Shown: positions 39,092-49,282 of the stretch, one piece after another
How the letters are laid out: every line of letters begins with the position of its first letter
Numbering within the stretch: the stretch's first letter is position 1
Assembly (NCBI GenBank): GCA_945897315.1
Contig: CAMDFF010000003.1
Location: 14,885-78,884, forward strand
Direction of reading: 5' to 3'
Length of the DNA: 64,000 nucleotides
Origin: a candidate division TM6 bacterium UASB124
Lineage (GTDB): Bacteria > Babelota > Babeliae > Babelales > RVW-14
Notes under the pieces: generated by a model
What the model was told of the DNA's origin: nothing
Database searches by the model: none
The model's input: only the letters and a program-made list of their open reading frames with translations
Program-made: the position numbers and the translations under genes

Positions 39092-41185
39092 ATGCACAAA
39101 GTATTTCGTTTTGCAGACCAGGACATCGAGGTAGAAGTTGGCCGGTATGCTCGCCAGGCTGATGGTGCAGTGTGGATAAAAGCTGGTGATAATGTTGTGT
39201 TGTGTAGCGCTGTAGCAACAAAAGAGGTGAAGGCTATTCAAGGCTTTTTCCCACTTACTGTTGAATACCGTGAACGGACTTCTGCAGCTGGTAGAATTCC
39301 TGGCGGCTATTTTAAACGAGAAGGGAAGCTCAGTGATTTTGAAGTTTTAACTTCTCGTGTAATTGATCGGCCGTTAAGACCTCTGTTTCCTTCGACGTAT
39401 TTTAACGAAGTACAAGTATTAGCAACAGTCTATTCAGCAGATGGCAAATTTCCAACTAGTGTCCTTGCGCTTATCGGTGCATCTTTGGCATTAACTATTT
39501 CTCCGTTGCCATTCATGGGTCCTATCGGTGCTGTACAAGCGGCTCTTGTTGATGGTGTATGGAAATTTAACCCTACATTTGAAGAAGTTGCCGCATCAGA
39601 TTCTGATATCATGATTGCAGGTACCAAAAATGGTATTTGCATGGTAGAAGGTCACTGTAACAATATTAGTGAGCAGACGCTTATTGAGCTTCTATTCAGT
39701 GCTCATGAAGAAGTGAAAAAACAAGTTGAGTGGCAGGAGTCGATCGCTCGTGAGCTAGGTGTTGTTAAACATACACCAGCGACAACGATTGATTGGACTG
39801 ATTGGAAAACACGCGTTAAATCTGTATTGCCAGGTGATTTCGCAGAGAAAATTTTTGCCGCAAGTAAGTCAGAACGCGGTGACGGTTTTGATGCTATCAA
39901 GAAAGATATCCTTGGTAAGTTTGAGCAAGAAGTTGCGAAAGCAGAGATTACTAATCCGATTTTGGGCTTTATTTTTGATTCAATTATCAAAGAAACATTG
40001 CCTGATGTTCTTGCAGCCAAAAAAATACGCGTTGATGGTCGTGCTTTTAATCAGGTTCGTCCAATTACTATTGATATAGCACCCCTTCCATGTTCTCATG
40101 GTTCCGCAGTTTTTCAACGTGGAGAAACGCAAGTCCTTACGAGTGTTACACTTGGAACAGGACAGGATGCACAAAAAATAGATTCTCTGATTGCTGGGCA
40201 GCAAGAACGTGAATTCATGCTTCATTATAACTTCCTCCCATTTTCAACGGGTGAAGTTAAGCCATTGCGCGGGGCTGGTCGTCGTGAAATTGGCCATGGT
40301 TATTTGGCTGAAAGCTCATTTATTAATATATTGCCAAAAAGTGACGCATTTCCTTATGTCATTCGCTCCCTTTGTGATGTTCTTGAATCAAATGGTTCAT
40401 CATCAATGGCAAGCGTCTGTGCAACGACACTTGCTCTTATGGATGCTGGTGTGCCTATCACGGAAATGGTTGGCGGTATTGCCATGGGCTTAGTGCGCGA
40501 TTCTCAAAGCAACTTACATATTCTCACTGATATTCTTGGTATGGAAGATGCATTTGGTTTGATGGACTTTAAGGTAATTGGTTCAGAGCGTGGTATTGTT
40601 GCGTTTCAGCTTGATATTAAAGATAAAGTTGGACTTTCTCGTGAGCTTTTTGTTGAAGCTCTTGAGCAAGCACGTATAGCTCGTTTGCATATTCTTGGTG
40701 AAATGAAAAAGGCGCTCTCTGCTCCTCGTACTGAGTTGTCAAGCCGTGCTCCACGTGTTAACTCATTTAAGATTCCATCAGATAAAATTGGTTTGATTAT
40801 CGGTCCTGGTGGAAAAAATATTAAAGAAATTATTGCTAAGACTGGTACGCAAATTGACATCGAAGACGATGGTACCGTTAAGATTTACTCTAAGACAGGT
40901 GATGCAGCGTCTGAAGCTGAAAACTGGATTAGAACTCTTTGCGGTGATATCGAAATCGGTACCGTTTTCAATGGTACTGTTAAGCGTATTGCTGATTTTG
41001 GTTTGATTGTTGAGCTTGTAATGGGCAAAGAGGGAATGGTACACATTTCCACGATTGCTCGTAATAAGCAAAATGATCTTAACAGACTTGTTAAGATGAA
41101 TGACCGTATTATTGTTAAAGTTGTTGCTCAGGACAGAGAAACAGGCCGCTTGAAGCTTGTTGCTCCTGAACTTGAGAAACCATAA
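39092..41185 (+). CDS. pnp: Polyribonucleotide nucleotidyltransferase (PNPase)
   Basis: RREIGHG, ESNGSSSMAS, MDFKV, KH (IIGPGGKNI) and S1 domains. Confidence 0.97.
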   Translation: MHKVFRFADQDIEVEVGRYARQADGAVWIKAGDNVVLCSAVATKEVKAIQGFFPLTVEYRERTSAAGRIPGGYFKREGKLSDFEVLTSRVIDRPLRPLFPSTYFNEVQVLATVYSADGKFPTSVLALIGASLALTISPLPFMGPIGAVQAALVDGVWKFNPTFEEVAASDSDIMIAGTKNGICMVEGHCNNISEQTLIELLFSAHEEVKKQVEWQESIARELGVVKHTPATTIDWTDWKTRVKSVLPGDFAEKIFAASKSERGDGFDAIKKDILGKFEQEVAKAEITNPILGFIFDSIIKETLPDVLAAKKIRVDGRAFNQVRPITIDIAPLPCSHGSAVFQRGETQVLTSVTLGTGQDAQKIDSLIAGQQEREFMLHYNFLPFSTGEVKPLRGAGRREIGHGYLAESSFINILPKSDAFPYVIRSLCDVLESNGSSSMASVCATTLALMDAGVPITEMVGGIAMGLVRDSQSNLHILTDILGMEDAFGLMDFKVIGSERGIVAFQLDIKDKVGLSRELFVEALEQARIARLHILGEMKKALSAPRTELSSRAPRVNSFKIPSDKIGLIIGPGGKNIKEIIAKTGTQIDIEDDGTVKIYSKTGDAASEAENWIRTLCGDIEIGTVFNGTVKRIADFGLIVELVMGKEGMVHISTIARNKQNDLNRLVKMNDRIIVKVVAQDRETGRLKLVAPELEKP

Positions 41186-41192
41186 GGGTATT

Positions 41193-42017
41193 GTGTCATT
41201 CAAAAGAATTGATGGTCGTGAAGCAACAGAAGTACGCCCTATTCGTGTGACACTTGATGCATACGGGTATGCGCAGGCTTCTGTGCTTTATGAGCAAGGC
41301 AATACAAAAGTATTATGTGGTGTTACGCTCCAACCGGGCGTACCACCCTTTCTTAAAGGCCAGCGTGTTGGTTGGTTGACGGCGGAGTATGCAATGCTAC
41401 CTGCTGCAACACATCAACGAACACAGCGTGATGGTACTCAGCCTCAGCGTAATCCTCGCAGTGTTGAAATTTCACGCCTTATTGGTAGGTGTTTACGGCC
41501 TAGTATTGATCTCTCTGTTATTGGGGAACGTACAATTATTATTGATTGTGATGTTTTACAAGCAGATGGCAGTACGCGTGTTGCTTGTATTACAGCTGCA
41601 AGTATCGCACTGCAACTCGCGGCAAAGCGCTGGCTTCAGCGAAAAATTTTTAATAAAAATATTGTTACCATGCAGGTAGCAGCTGTGTCAGTAGGTGTTG
41701 TGAATGGCGTTGTATGTGCTGATCTTTCATATGAAGAGGATGTTCGTGGTGACGCTGATTTCAATATTGTTCTCACAGAACATGACGATATCCTAGAAAT
41801 TCAAGGTACTGCAGAAAATGCTCCTCTGAGCTGGAATCAGTTTGACGAGGTCAAAACTATCGCACAGTCGGCGGTCAAGACAATTTTGTCTGCTGTTGTT
41901 CTTCAGATTCCACAGGACATAGCATTTACCAACCCAAATCTAAAGCCTGTGCATTATCATGCTGACAAGGAAGAAAAACAGCAGATTTTTAGCCTTGCAA
42001 ATCGTATTATTAAGTAG
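41193..42017 (+). CDS. rph: Ribonuclease PH
   Basis: RIDGR, GWLTAEYAMLP, EISRLIGR, DVLQADGSTR, EIQGTAE; start placed at GTG 41193. Confidence 0.93.
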   Translation: MSFKRIDGREATEVRPIRVTLDAYGYAQASVLYEQGNTKVLCGVTLQPGVPPFLKGQRVGWLTAEYAMLPAATHQRTQRDGTQPQRNPRSVEISRLIGRCLRPSIDLSVIGERTIIIDCDVLQADGSTRVACITAASIALQLAAKRWLQRKIFNKNIVTMQVAAVSVGVVNGVVCADLSYEEDVRGDADFNIVLTEHDDILEIQGTAENAPLSWNQFDEVKTIAQSAVKTILSAVVLQIPQDIAFTNPNLKPVHYHADKEEKQQIFSLANRIIK

Positions 42018-42020
42018 TTA

Positions 42021-42533
42021 ATGCTTATGCGTGCAGAACGGTTTTTGCTGAGCTGTCTTATTTTGTTGCTTTTTACTAGTTGTTCTCGGCAGCAAATAGT
42101 ATCTGTCGCTACGCCTTTATTTATTAAATTTCCAGTTAATACCCATGTTTTTGATAACATAGCTCCAGGGCTCTACGAATCAGTGCATAAGCAGCTTATT
42201 CATGGAGGGTTTTCTATTGCTGATCAGCCACAACATGCATATCACTTAATAATTACGATTAAGTCTCTCGATCCATGCCAAAAAAACATATCTCCTGATA
42301 TTGTGTTGCAGTCTTATATCGTGCGGATGGAGTACAATATAAAAGTTTTTAATTATACACAGCAAGAAGTATTTAATCGGAATGATTCCTGTGCGATCTT
42401 GATTTCTAAACCAAGAAACCCTATGCTCAATGATACCTTTATATATCATATGTACCAGATGCTTGCCAATCGTGCTGCACGGCTCATACAACAGCAGTTA
42501 ATAACAAACATTAAGCAAATATTTGGTCCTTGA
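42021..42533 (+). CDS. LptE-like outer-membrane lipoprotein
   Basis: Lipobox-like FTSC, about 170 aa, lies directly upstream of a holA-like gene (lptE-holA synteny). Confidence 0.55.
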   Translation: MLMRAERFLLSCLILLLFTSCSRQQIVSVATPLFIKFPVNTHVFDNIAPGLYESVHKQLIHGGFSIADQPQHAYHLIITIKSLDPCQKNISPDIVLQSYIVRMEYNIKVFNYTQQEVFNRNDSCAILISKPRNPMLNDTFIYHMYQMLANRAARLIQQQLITNIKQIFGP

Positions 42534-42549
42534 TCATAAGAAATAACAT

Positions 42550-43527
42550 ATGGATTTAAAAACTTTTCTCATAATGGCTAAAAATAATGATTTTTGGCAG
42601 CAACGACAAACGCTTTGTTTCACAAGTAGTGAATACCCTGCAGCATTCTGCACTGCCTTCTTTAACTTTATTCGTAAAGATAAAGCACTGACCAATGAGT
42701 TTCAGCGTGTAGATATTGTTGGACGTGAGAAGCGTGAATTATATGGATTGCTTGGCCAGGCAGGCTTTGGCAGCTCATTATTCTTTTGGCTGGGTAATAT
42801 AAGCGATGAGCGAGAATCAAAAAGTGCAGCTGTGTTCAAGCAGTATTTGTGTTCTTATCAGGGTCCGCATAGCGCGGCATTTTTTATTGCCACATCAGAT
42901 ATTCCTACGCAATTGCAGGCTACTATTATTCAGTTGCCGACTATGCTTGATATGCAAGAATTTATAATGCTAGCACATTGGTTTGGTAACTTTGATATCA
43001 ATAAAAAAATTCCGTTATTTGAATCATTATTCTATAATCGCAAGCAGTCGTTGCAAGAGTGTGTTTTATTGATGGATTATGTTGCCCTTGCTAGTCTTAA
43101 GTACAAAAATACTTTTAGTGCTTATTTGCAAGCGTTATATGCGCCAGAAAAAAGTTTGCAACAGTTGGCAGAATGTTTTTTTGAAAAAAAAGAAAAAGAT
43201 TTTTTTATTTTGTGGGGCAAGATTGAGCAAGAATACCCGCCTATTTTTTGGGTGATGTTTTGGACAGAGCAGGTGTGGCGCGCATTTCATGTTTCTCAAT
43301 TTATGAATAAAAAGCAGTTTATTCTGGCTAAGAAAATGAGTTTTCGGTTGCCATACAGCTTTATTAGTAAAGGTTGGCAACGAGTGCAGATGATTGAGCT
43401 GCTGCAATGTTATGAATTTTTATATCAAATTGACTACGCTGTTAAAACAGGATCTACCTTTTGTAGCCAGGATTTATTTTTCGCACATTACTTTGCAGGA
43501 GTGTTTGCAAAAGAAAGCGTCATATGA
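42550..43527 (+). CDS. Divergent DNA polymerase III delta subunit (HolA-like)
   Basis: 325 aa; C-terminal LYQIDYAVKTGS resembles the HolA D-x-x-x-K-T-G motif; position after lptE-like gene. Confidence 0.55.
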   Translation: MDLKTFLIMAKNNDFWQQRQTLCFTSSEYPAAFCTAFFNFIRKDKALTNEFQRVDIVGREKRELYGLLGQAGFGSSLFFWLGNISDERESKSAAVFKQYLCSYQGPHSAAFFIATSDIPTQLQATIIQLPTMLDMQEFIMLAHWFGNFDINKKIPLFESLFYNRKQSLQECVLLMDYVALASLKYKNTFSAYLQALYAPEKSLQQLAECFFEKKEKDFFILWGKIEQEYPPIFWVMFWTEQVWRAFHVSQFMNKKQFILAKKMSFRLPYSFISKGWQRVQMIELLQCYEFLYQIDYAVKTGSTFCSQDLFFAHYFAGVFAKESVI

Positions 43528-43790
43528 CACTGCATGAACTATTAAATCGTGAAATTAAGCGTATGGCTGCTGGTATTGGTTACCATAACAAAGGCAATAT
43601 CCATCCATTGATTATGAATGAGATAGAAAAATATATTATAGAAATTGTGCTTAAAGAGACACACTATAATTATCTGGCAGCATCGAAAATGCTTGGTATT
43701 GGGCGCAGTACACTGTATCGTAAAATTGAATCTCTTGGCATTCTGCCGTCTCGGAATAAATCAGATCTAGCGCCTACACATTTGTTATAA
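43524..43790 (+). CDS. Fis-family HTH protein
   Basis: EIEKYIIEIVLKETHYNYLAASKMLGIGRSTLYRKI. Confidence 0.85.
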   Translation: MTLHELLNREIKRMAAGIGYHNKGNIHPLIMNEIEKYIIEIVLKETHYNYLAASKMLGIGRSTLYRKIESLGILPSRNKSDLAPTHLL

Positions 43791-43876
43791 AGATGGCATG
43801 CTTATATGCTATTCGCTTACTCTGGTGTGCAGTATAACATTGACACAAAGCACTTTTTTCTTTTTTACATGGAGAA

Positions 43877-46027
43877 TTGATAATGCATTACCTTGATACA
43901 TCCCCTGAATATATTGATACGTATAAAGAAATTGCTGTTACCTATGATGATAGCCTGCCATCAGTTTTTAACGACTTAATGCCGGCAGAACGTATTTTTG
44001 TATATTATCTTTTCCGTGCAAGCTTGCCCGGAAATCGTGTGTGCACTGATCAAATGCATAAAGATGGCCTTGCTGTACAGCACATTTTTCAGACTATTTT
44101 TGATCAAGAGGCCGTCCTGATTGCACGAGCAAAGCAAAAAGACCTCGGCTTAGAAAAACTTAATATGCCTAAATTTATGCAAGAGGTTAAGACGTTTTTG
44201 GTGTACCTCTGGTCAAATCATGGGCAGTATTTTCAACGGGAACACGCTGATGAAAAGCGTACGCCCCAACGGCTTGGTTTGAACCAACTGACAAAAGAAA
44301 ACGTAGTTAAGATACTGACGGCCATTGATGAACACGCTTTAGCTGGTAATGTGTGTGAGCTTGAATCGGTTATTTTTGATCGGACCTATCAGCCAACGGG
44401 TACTGTGCCTAACAGTATCGAACAAAGTGCGCGTAATTTTTATGCCCCTGGATTCACAGAGGATGATTATTTGTCACTCTCATGTGATGTTCGCTCAAGT
44501 TTGAATACATATTGCTCGCTAGAGGCAAATAGTGATGGCGTGATTGCCCCTGTCGCCTTACCCTATGCTGTCAGTGGCAAGTACAGCCAAGAGCTTACGG
44601 TTGCTGTATTTTGGCTCAAAAAAGCCCATAATCAAGCACAGCTAGCCCCAGATATTTTTGATGAGCATCTTATTAAAAGTCTTGAGTATCTGATTGTGTA
44701 TCTGGAAAACGGAGATGAAGAGTTTTTCAAAAAACATTCCATTGAATGGCTGCACTCTAAGAGCCGTATAGATTATTGCTTCGGGTTTATTGAAACCTAT
44801 GATGATCCTAAAAATCAACGAGGTTCGTTTCAAGCAGAAGCAACCATACGCACCATCACACTGGGTGATTTGAGTGCTATTTTACCAGCAATTGAAAAGC
44901 AGCTACCGGTAGATGAAGCTTTCAAGCGAGACCTTTCAGGTAAAGAGCTTGCGTTACCAAATGCATCAATAAATACAAAAATATTTGGTGCGGGGCATCT
45001 TGGGCCCATGAAAGTTACCGCTGCTTATTGCTTGCCAAATTACGAAGAAATTCGTGCAACATATGGCTCAAAACAAATTATTTATCCATCAGGTAAAGGG
45101 CTTGGTGCGCTTATTAATCCCTACTTGAGCAGGCGTCTGTTTTTTAGCAAAAGCAACGCAGACTGGCTGGATGAATATGATGCAGATGGCACCTTTATGA
45201 ATGATTTATGGGATGTGCACTGTATTTTGCATGAAACGCTTGGGCACGGCAGCGGCAAGCTTGCCATGCATACGTGCAGTGCTGAAGAGTTACTGGTTCG
45301 CAAGGATACAGCACATCAAGCTGGTGATATTATTCCTGTGACATCAGATAATTTGGCAGATTTATTAGCTGGGTATGACGCAACAATAGAAGAATTGCGT
45401 GCAGAAATTGTCGCTCTTTATGTTAGCATTATGCATCTTGATGAGCTGGCAGAGGAAGGATTGTTGACGCAGTGGTACCATAGCATAGGGTCTACAATGC
45501 TACAAAAATGGCTTATGTTCCATATGCTTGAAACAGGGCTTACACGATTGTTGCAACAGCCAGATTCTGCCACAGAAATTACAGGTGATCATGCGCGAGC
45601 GAATGCGACGATTACTAATTATATTATTGAAGCTGGTGGCGCCAAAATTGTTGAGCAGCTATTTGAAAATGAAGGCAAAGAGCATATAGTTATCGCACTT
45701 GAAGTAACTGACATGAAAAAAGCCATGAAGGCAACGGAAGAGCTTCTCGCCGAGGTGCAACGGATCAAATCAACAGGTGATGGCGTAGCGGCTAAAAAAT
45801 TGATTGATGCTTATGGCATTCCCATCAAGAACCTTTCTCAGTTTAAACAGCTGCGCGAGAACAACAAGGCTGTTGTGGGCGAATTGAAATGCAAAGTAGA
45901 CATCTATCCGCACCTAGATCCTGTTTTGGATGCAGCGGGCGATATTGTTGATATTAGTGCTACCTGGCCAAAGAATATTTTCGAGCAATGGAAAGATTTT
46001 ACGCGCTTGGCATTATCGATAAGCTAG
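43877..46027 (+). CDS. Dipeptidyl-peptidase III family (M49) zinc peptidase
   Basis: GFIETYDDP, AYCLPNYEEIR...GSK, hexapeptide HETLGH and EELRAE motifs. Confidence 0.88.
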   Translation: MIMHYLDTSPEYIDTYKEIAVTYDDSLPSVFNDLMPAERIFVYYLFRASLPGNRVCTDQMHKDGLAVQHIFQTIFDQEAVLIARAKQKDLGLEKLNMPKFMQEVKTFLVYLWSNHGQYFQREHADEKRTPQRLGLNQLTKENVVKILTAIDEHALAGNVCELESVIFDRTYQPTGTVPNSIEQSARNFYAPGFTEDDYLSLSCDVRSSLNTYCSLEANSDGVIAPVALPYAVSGKYSQELTVAVFWLKKAHNQAQLAPDIFDEHLIKSLEYLIVYLENGDEEFFKKHSIEWLHSKSRIDYCFGFIETYDDPKNQRGSFQAEATIRTITLGDLSAILPAIEKQLPVDEAFKRDLSGKELALPNASINTKIFGAGHLGPMKVTAAYCLPNYEEIRATYGSKQIIYPSGKGLGALINPYLSRRLFFSKSNADWLDEYDADGTFMNDLWDVHCILHETLGHGSGKLAMHTCSAEELLVRKDTAHQAGDIIPVTSDNLADLLAGYDATIEELRAEIVALYVSIMHLDELAEEGLLTQWYHSIGSTMLQKWLMFHMLETGLTRLLQQPDSATEITGDHARANATITNYIIEAGGAKIVEQLFENEGKEHIVIALEVTDMKKAMKATEELLAEVQRIKSTGDGVAAKKLIDAYGIPIKNLSQFKQLRENNKAVVGELKCKVDIYPHLDPVLDAAGDIVDISATWPKNIFEQWKDFTRLALSIS

Positions 46028-46156
46028 CTATCTTTTGACGTGGTAACTGTGCTGACCTTTTGCTAGCATACAAGCCTGATGCACTGGTGCATGAAGCCGG
46101 AGATTTGATTCTGGCCATACAAAAACATATCTAAAATTGACATATAAAGGACGACC

Positions 46157-47077
46157 ATGGCGAAAATAATACTTCAGCACATTAAGGGCAATAGTTATTT
46201 TTTTAGTGGTCGTCTTTCTATTGGCGCCTATATCAATAACGGCGTTGTGGTCTTGATTGACAGTGGTATTGATCGTGAAAGTGCCAAAGCAGTTGATAAA
46301 GCAATTCGTGAAGCGGGGTATACCGTTGGTGCTATTATTAACACGCATCATCATCCAGATCATTGCGGTGGTAATGCATATTTCCAGCAACAATATCCAG
46401 GTTGTCGTGTGTACGCTACGCATTTTGAAAGCCTGTTTATTGGTACCCCATATCTGCAACCCGTGTGTTTTTGTGGGGGCGCTATGCCCTTTACAGGGAT
46501 TAGGAATAAATTTTTAGAAGCGGCAGAGGCTTCAGTCGTTACTGATGTGATTACTGCCTATCAGGATCAGACAATTAATATTTATGGCAGTGATTTTTCT
46601 ATTATTACTCTTCCAGGCCATACCCATGGTTCTATTGGCGTGATCTCTACCGACAGCGTTTTTTATACAGGGGATTCGTTCTTTGGTGAAGAGACATTCA
46701 ATAAACACGGTGCGCTCTACTACACCAATATTACCGATACGCTGTTGTCTTTTGACAAGTTAGCAACGCTTACCCCTGACGCTACGGTATTTTATCATGG
46801 TGGCGAGCTGCAAGGGCCTATACCGCCTGTTATTCAGCAGCATCAAAAACGCATACTTGATACCATGGACGATGTGCTGAGATTAATTCGTGAAGTTCCA
46901 ACAGGGCTAGCTATTGATCAATTGACGCAAAAAATTATGCAGACGTACGAGATTCCTGCAAATCATGTTTCATGGATGCTGACGCGTACCAATGTGAATG
47001 CCATGTTGGCGCATCTAGAAAATACCAAGCAGTTAACTATGAAAACAGATGGCGCATTATTGCGCGTGGTTATTTGA
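46157..47077 (+). CDS. Metallo-beta-lactamase-fold hydrolase
   Basis: LIDSG, THHHPDHCGG (HxHxDH), PGHT, TGD, YHG. Confidence 0.88.
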   Translation: MAKIILQHIKGNSYFFSGRLSIGAYINNGVVVLIDSGIDRESAKAVDKAIREAGYTVGAIINTHHHPDHCGGNAYFQQQYPGCRVYATHFESLFIGTPYLQPVCFCGGAMPFTGIRNKFLEAAEASVVTDVITAYQDQTINIYGSDFSIITLPGHTHGSIGVISTDSVFYTGDSFFGEETFNKHGALYYTNITDTLLSFDKLATLTPDATVFYHGGELQGPIPPVIQQHQKRILDTMDDVLRLIREVPTGLAIDQLTQKIMQTYEIPANHVSWMLTRTNVNAMLAHLENTKQLTMKTDGALLRVVI

Positions 47078-47089
47078 AGGAGTGCATAG

Positions 47090-47680
47090 ATGAAATTTTA
47101 CCAGCAAATTATTATTTTTACTGTCGTGTTGGGGTACTGCATACAATTTGCATGTGCTAATAATGTATGTACACGTTTTGGGCCGGATTATCTCAAGGAC
47201 GAATTAGCGTATGATTTTACCCTTGTTGATGCAGATGGCAAAGAGCATACGCTTAGTAATTATCGTGGTAAAAAAATTATTCTTTGTTTTTTTGATCATT
47301 CGCCAGAAAAAGAAGGTTATACAACTGCTCCCATGGAGCAACTCTATGCGCTACAAGACACCTATGAAATATTGAAAAAATACAATTTTGAAGTAATTGC
47401 TGTTACTATAGCACCTCTGCAAGTCATTAATGAGCTACGGACCAGCCATAAGCTTTCGTTTATCATTTTACATGACAACAAATCGATCATTTCTCGTTAT
47501 GGGGCTACAGAATTTTGTTATGTTATCCCATCAACATTAGTTATCGATGAACAAGGCATAGTAGTTGATACGGCCCTTGGCCATGAAATTTCTAGGCATC
47601 TTATAATTATATTTCTTTACGCATTGCAGCAATCAATTATGCCCATACAATTGTTACAAGCAGGAAAGATAAGTACATGA
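47090..47680 (+). CDS. Peroxiredoxin (BCP/AhpC-TSA)-fold protein lacking catalytic Cys, probably exported
   Basis: AYDFTLVDADGKEHTLSNYRGKKIILCFF, LSFIILHD, STLVIDEQGIV; GYT where GCT is expected; signal-like N-terminus. Confidence 0.75.
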   Translation: MKFYQQIIIFTVVLGYCIQFACANNVCTRFGPDYLKDELAYDFTLVDADGKEHTLSNYRGKKIILCFFDHSPEKEGYTTAPMEQLYALQDTYEILKKYNFEVIAVTIAPLQVINELRTSHKLSFIILHDNKSIISRYGATEFCYVIPSTLVIDEQGIVVDTALGHEISRHLIIIFLYALQQSIMPIQLLQAGKIST

Positions 47681-49266
47681 AAAAATTGCCAGTAAGTGCG
47701 CAGTCGTTCATAAAAATAATAACTGGTAACTATACCTACATAGATAAAACAGAGCATATTTATCGATTGATTGAAAATGACTGCTGTTTTTTTGCTCGTC
47801 CACGGCGCTTTGGAAAATCGCTGCTCTGCTCTACTTTAAAATCACTATTTCTGGGACAAAAAGAGTTGTTTAAAGGGCTTTGGATTGAGCGTGAATCAGA
47901 CTATACGTGGCCTTTTCATCCAGTAGTGCATATAGATTTTTTGAATATTCCGCACAAGACGCCAGAGGAACTTGACGTAGCGCTTACTCGTTATCTAGCT
48001 AAAGTAGCTCTATCGTATGATTTGCCATCATTAGCAATAACAACTCCTAACGAAATGTTAGGATCCTTGATAGAGCAATTGAAGCGAAAATACGCAACAA
48101 CGGTAGTTATCATTATTGATGAATATGACAAACCAATCCTGACCCATCTGCACAATATGCCAGTCGCCAAGCAAATTAGAGAAGTGTTGAAGAGCTTTTA
48201 TGAAGTCATCAAGGGGCTTGATGAGTACTTACGTTTTGTATTTATTACAGGCGTGAGCCGGTTTTCGCAAACCAGTATTTTTTCTGGCCTTAACCAGCTA
48301 CTTGATATATCAATGAATCCTGATTTTGCTCATTTAGTAGGGTGTACAGAGGAAGAGCTTAAGCATGTGTTTGTAGAACACCTTGCAACTATTGCCCAGG
48401 GGAAAGAAATTTCGACATCTGTGCTTATTGATAAAATGCGGCTTATGTACAATGGCTATCGATTTTGGAAAAATGTACCATTGCGACGGGTAGATGCTTT
48501 TGGTGACACAACTGTGAAGGTTTTTAACCCTTTTTCAATTGTGAATGCTTTGCATGCTAAATCGTTAGAGAATTTCTGGTTTCTTTCAGGAACGCCTACG
48601 TTTCTTATTAATCTTTTACAGGAGCGCCAATATCCTGTCATTATGCTAGAAAATGTAAAAGCTGATCAAAGTGAATTGGGTACGTTTGATATAGAGCATT
48701 TACCGCTTACTACACTACTTTTTCAAACAGGCTATCTTACTATTAAGTCATATGATGAAGAGACTAAGAATTTTACTTTGGGCTATCCAAATAATGAAGT
48801 CCAAGAAGCTTTTTTGAATAACATATTGAAATGGATGGCGAATGTTGAGCACAGTAAGATCAATGCATTCACCACTAAATTGCTTAGTGATTTGACGGTT
48901 CAGAATACTGCTGGATTTATGCAAGCGCTTAAAGAATTTTATGCGCATATTCCATATGATTTGCATATCGCAAAAGAAAAATATTACCAGACGGTGTTTT
49001 TTACGGTATTAAAACTTATTGGTGCCGTCATTGATGTTGAAATTACCACCAATATTGGGCGTATTGATGCAGTTGTTGAAACAAAATATTATCTATACAT
49101 TATTGAGTTTAAAATAAATAAAAAAGCTTCGGTTGCTCTTGAGCAAATTAGAGAAAAGCAATATTTTGAGCGGTATTTGAGCGATCAACGACAGATTGTT
49201 TTAATGGGGATCTCTTTCGATACTGCCCTTAAAAATATTGGTGATTTTTTAGTTGAAGTGTTATGA
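47677..49266 (+). CDS. AAA-ATPase-like protein with C-terminal PD-(D/E)XK nuclease domain
   Basis: YIDKT, Walker A RPRRFGKS, Walker B IIIDEYDKP, YNGYRF, FNPFS, GRID...IIEFK. Confidence 0.92.
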   Translation: MKKLPVSAQSFIKIITGNYTYIDKTEHIYRLIENDCCFFARPRRFGKSLLCSTLKSLFLGQKELFKGLWIERESDYTWPFHPVVHIDFLNIPHKTPEELDVALTRYLAKVALSYDLPSLAITTPNEMLGSLIEQLKRKYATTVVIIIDEYDKPILTHLHNMPVAKQIREVLKSFYEVIKGLDEYLRFVFITGVSRFSQTSIFSGLNQLLDISMNPDFAHLVGCTEEELKHVFVEHLATIAQGKEISTSVLIDKMRLMYNGYRFWKNVPLRRVDAFGDTTVKVFNPFSIVNALHAKSLENFWFLSGTPTFLINLLQERQYPVIMLENVKADQSELGTFDIEHLPLTTLLFQTGYLTIKSYDEETKNFTLGYPNNEVQEAFLNNILKWMANVEHSKINAFTTKLLSDLTVQNTAGFMQALKEFYAHIPYDLHIAKEKYYQTVFFTVLKLIGAVIDVEITTNIGRIDAVVETKYYLYIIEFKINKKASVALEQIREKQYFERYLSDQRQIVLMGISFDTALKNIGDFLVEVL

Positions 49267-49282
49267 GCAGGAGGTTTTTTCA

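Noticed and set aside
46028-46156. Small hairpins (atgcactggtgcat; gccggag...ttctggc) with a ctgatg motif, suggesting a hammerhead ribozyme or riboswitch
   Set aside because: Lacks the CUGAUGA...GAAA core and closing stems; an Rfam/Infernal search would be needed for support
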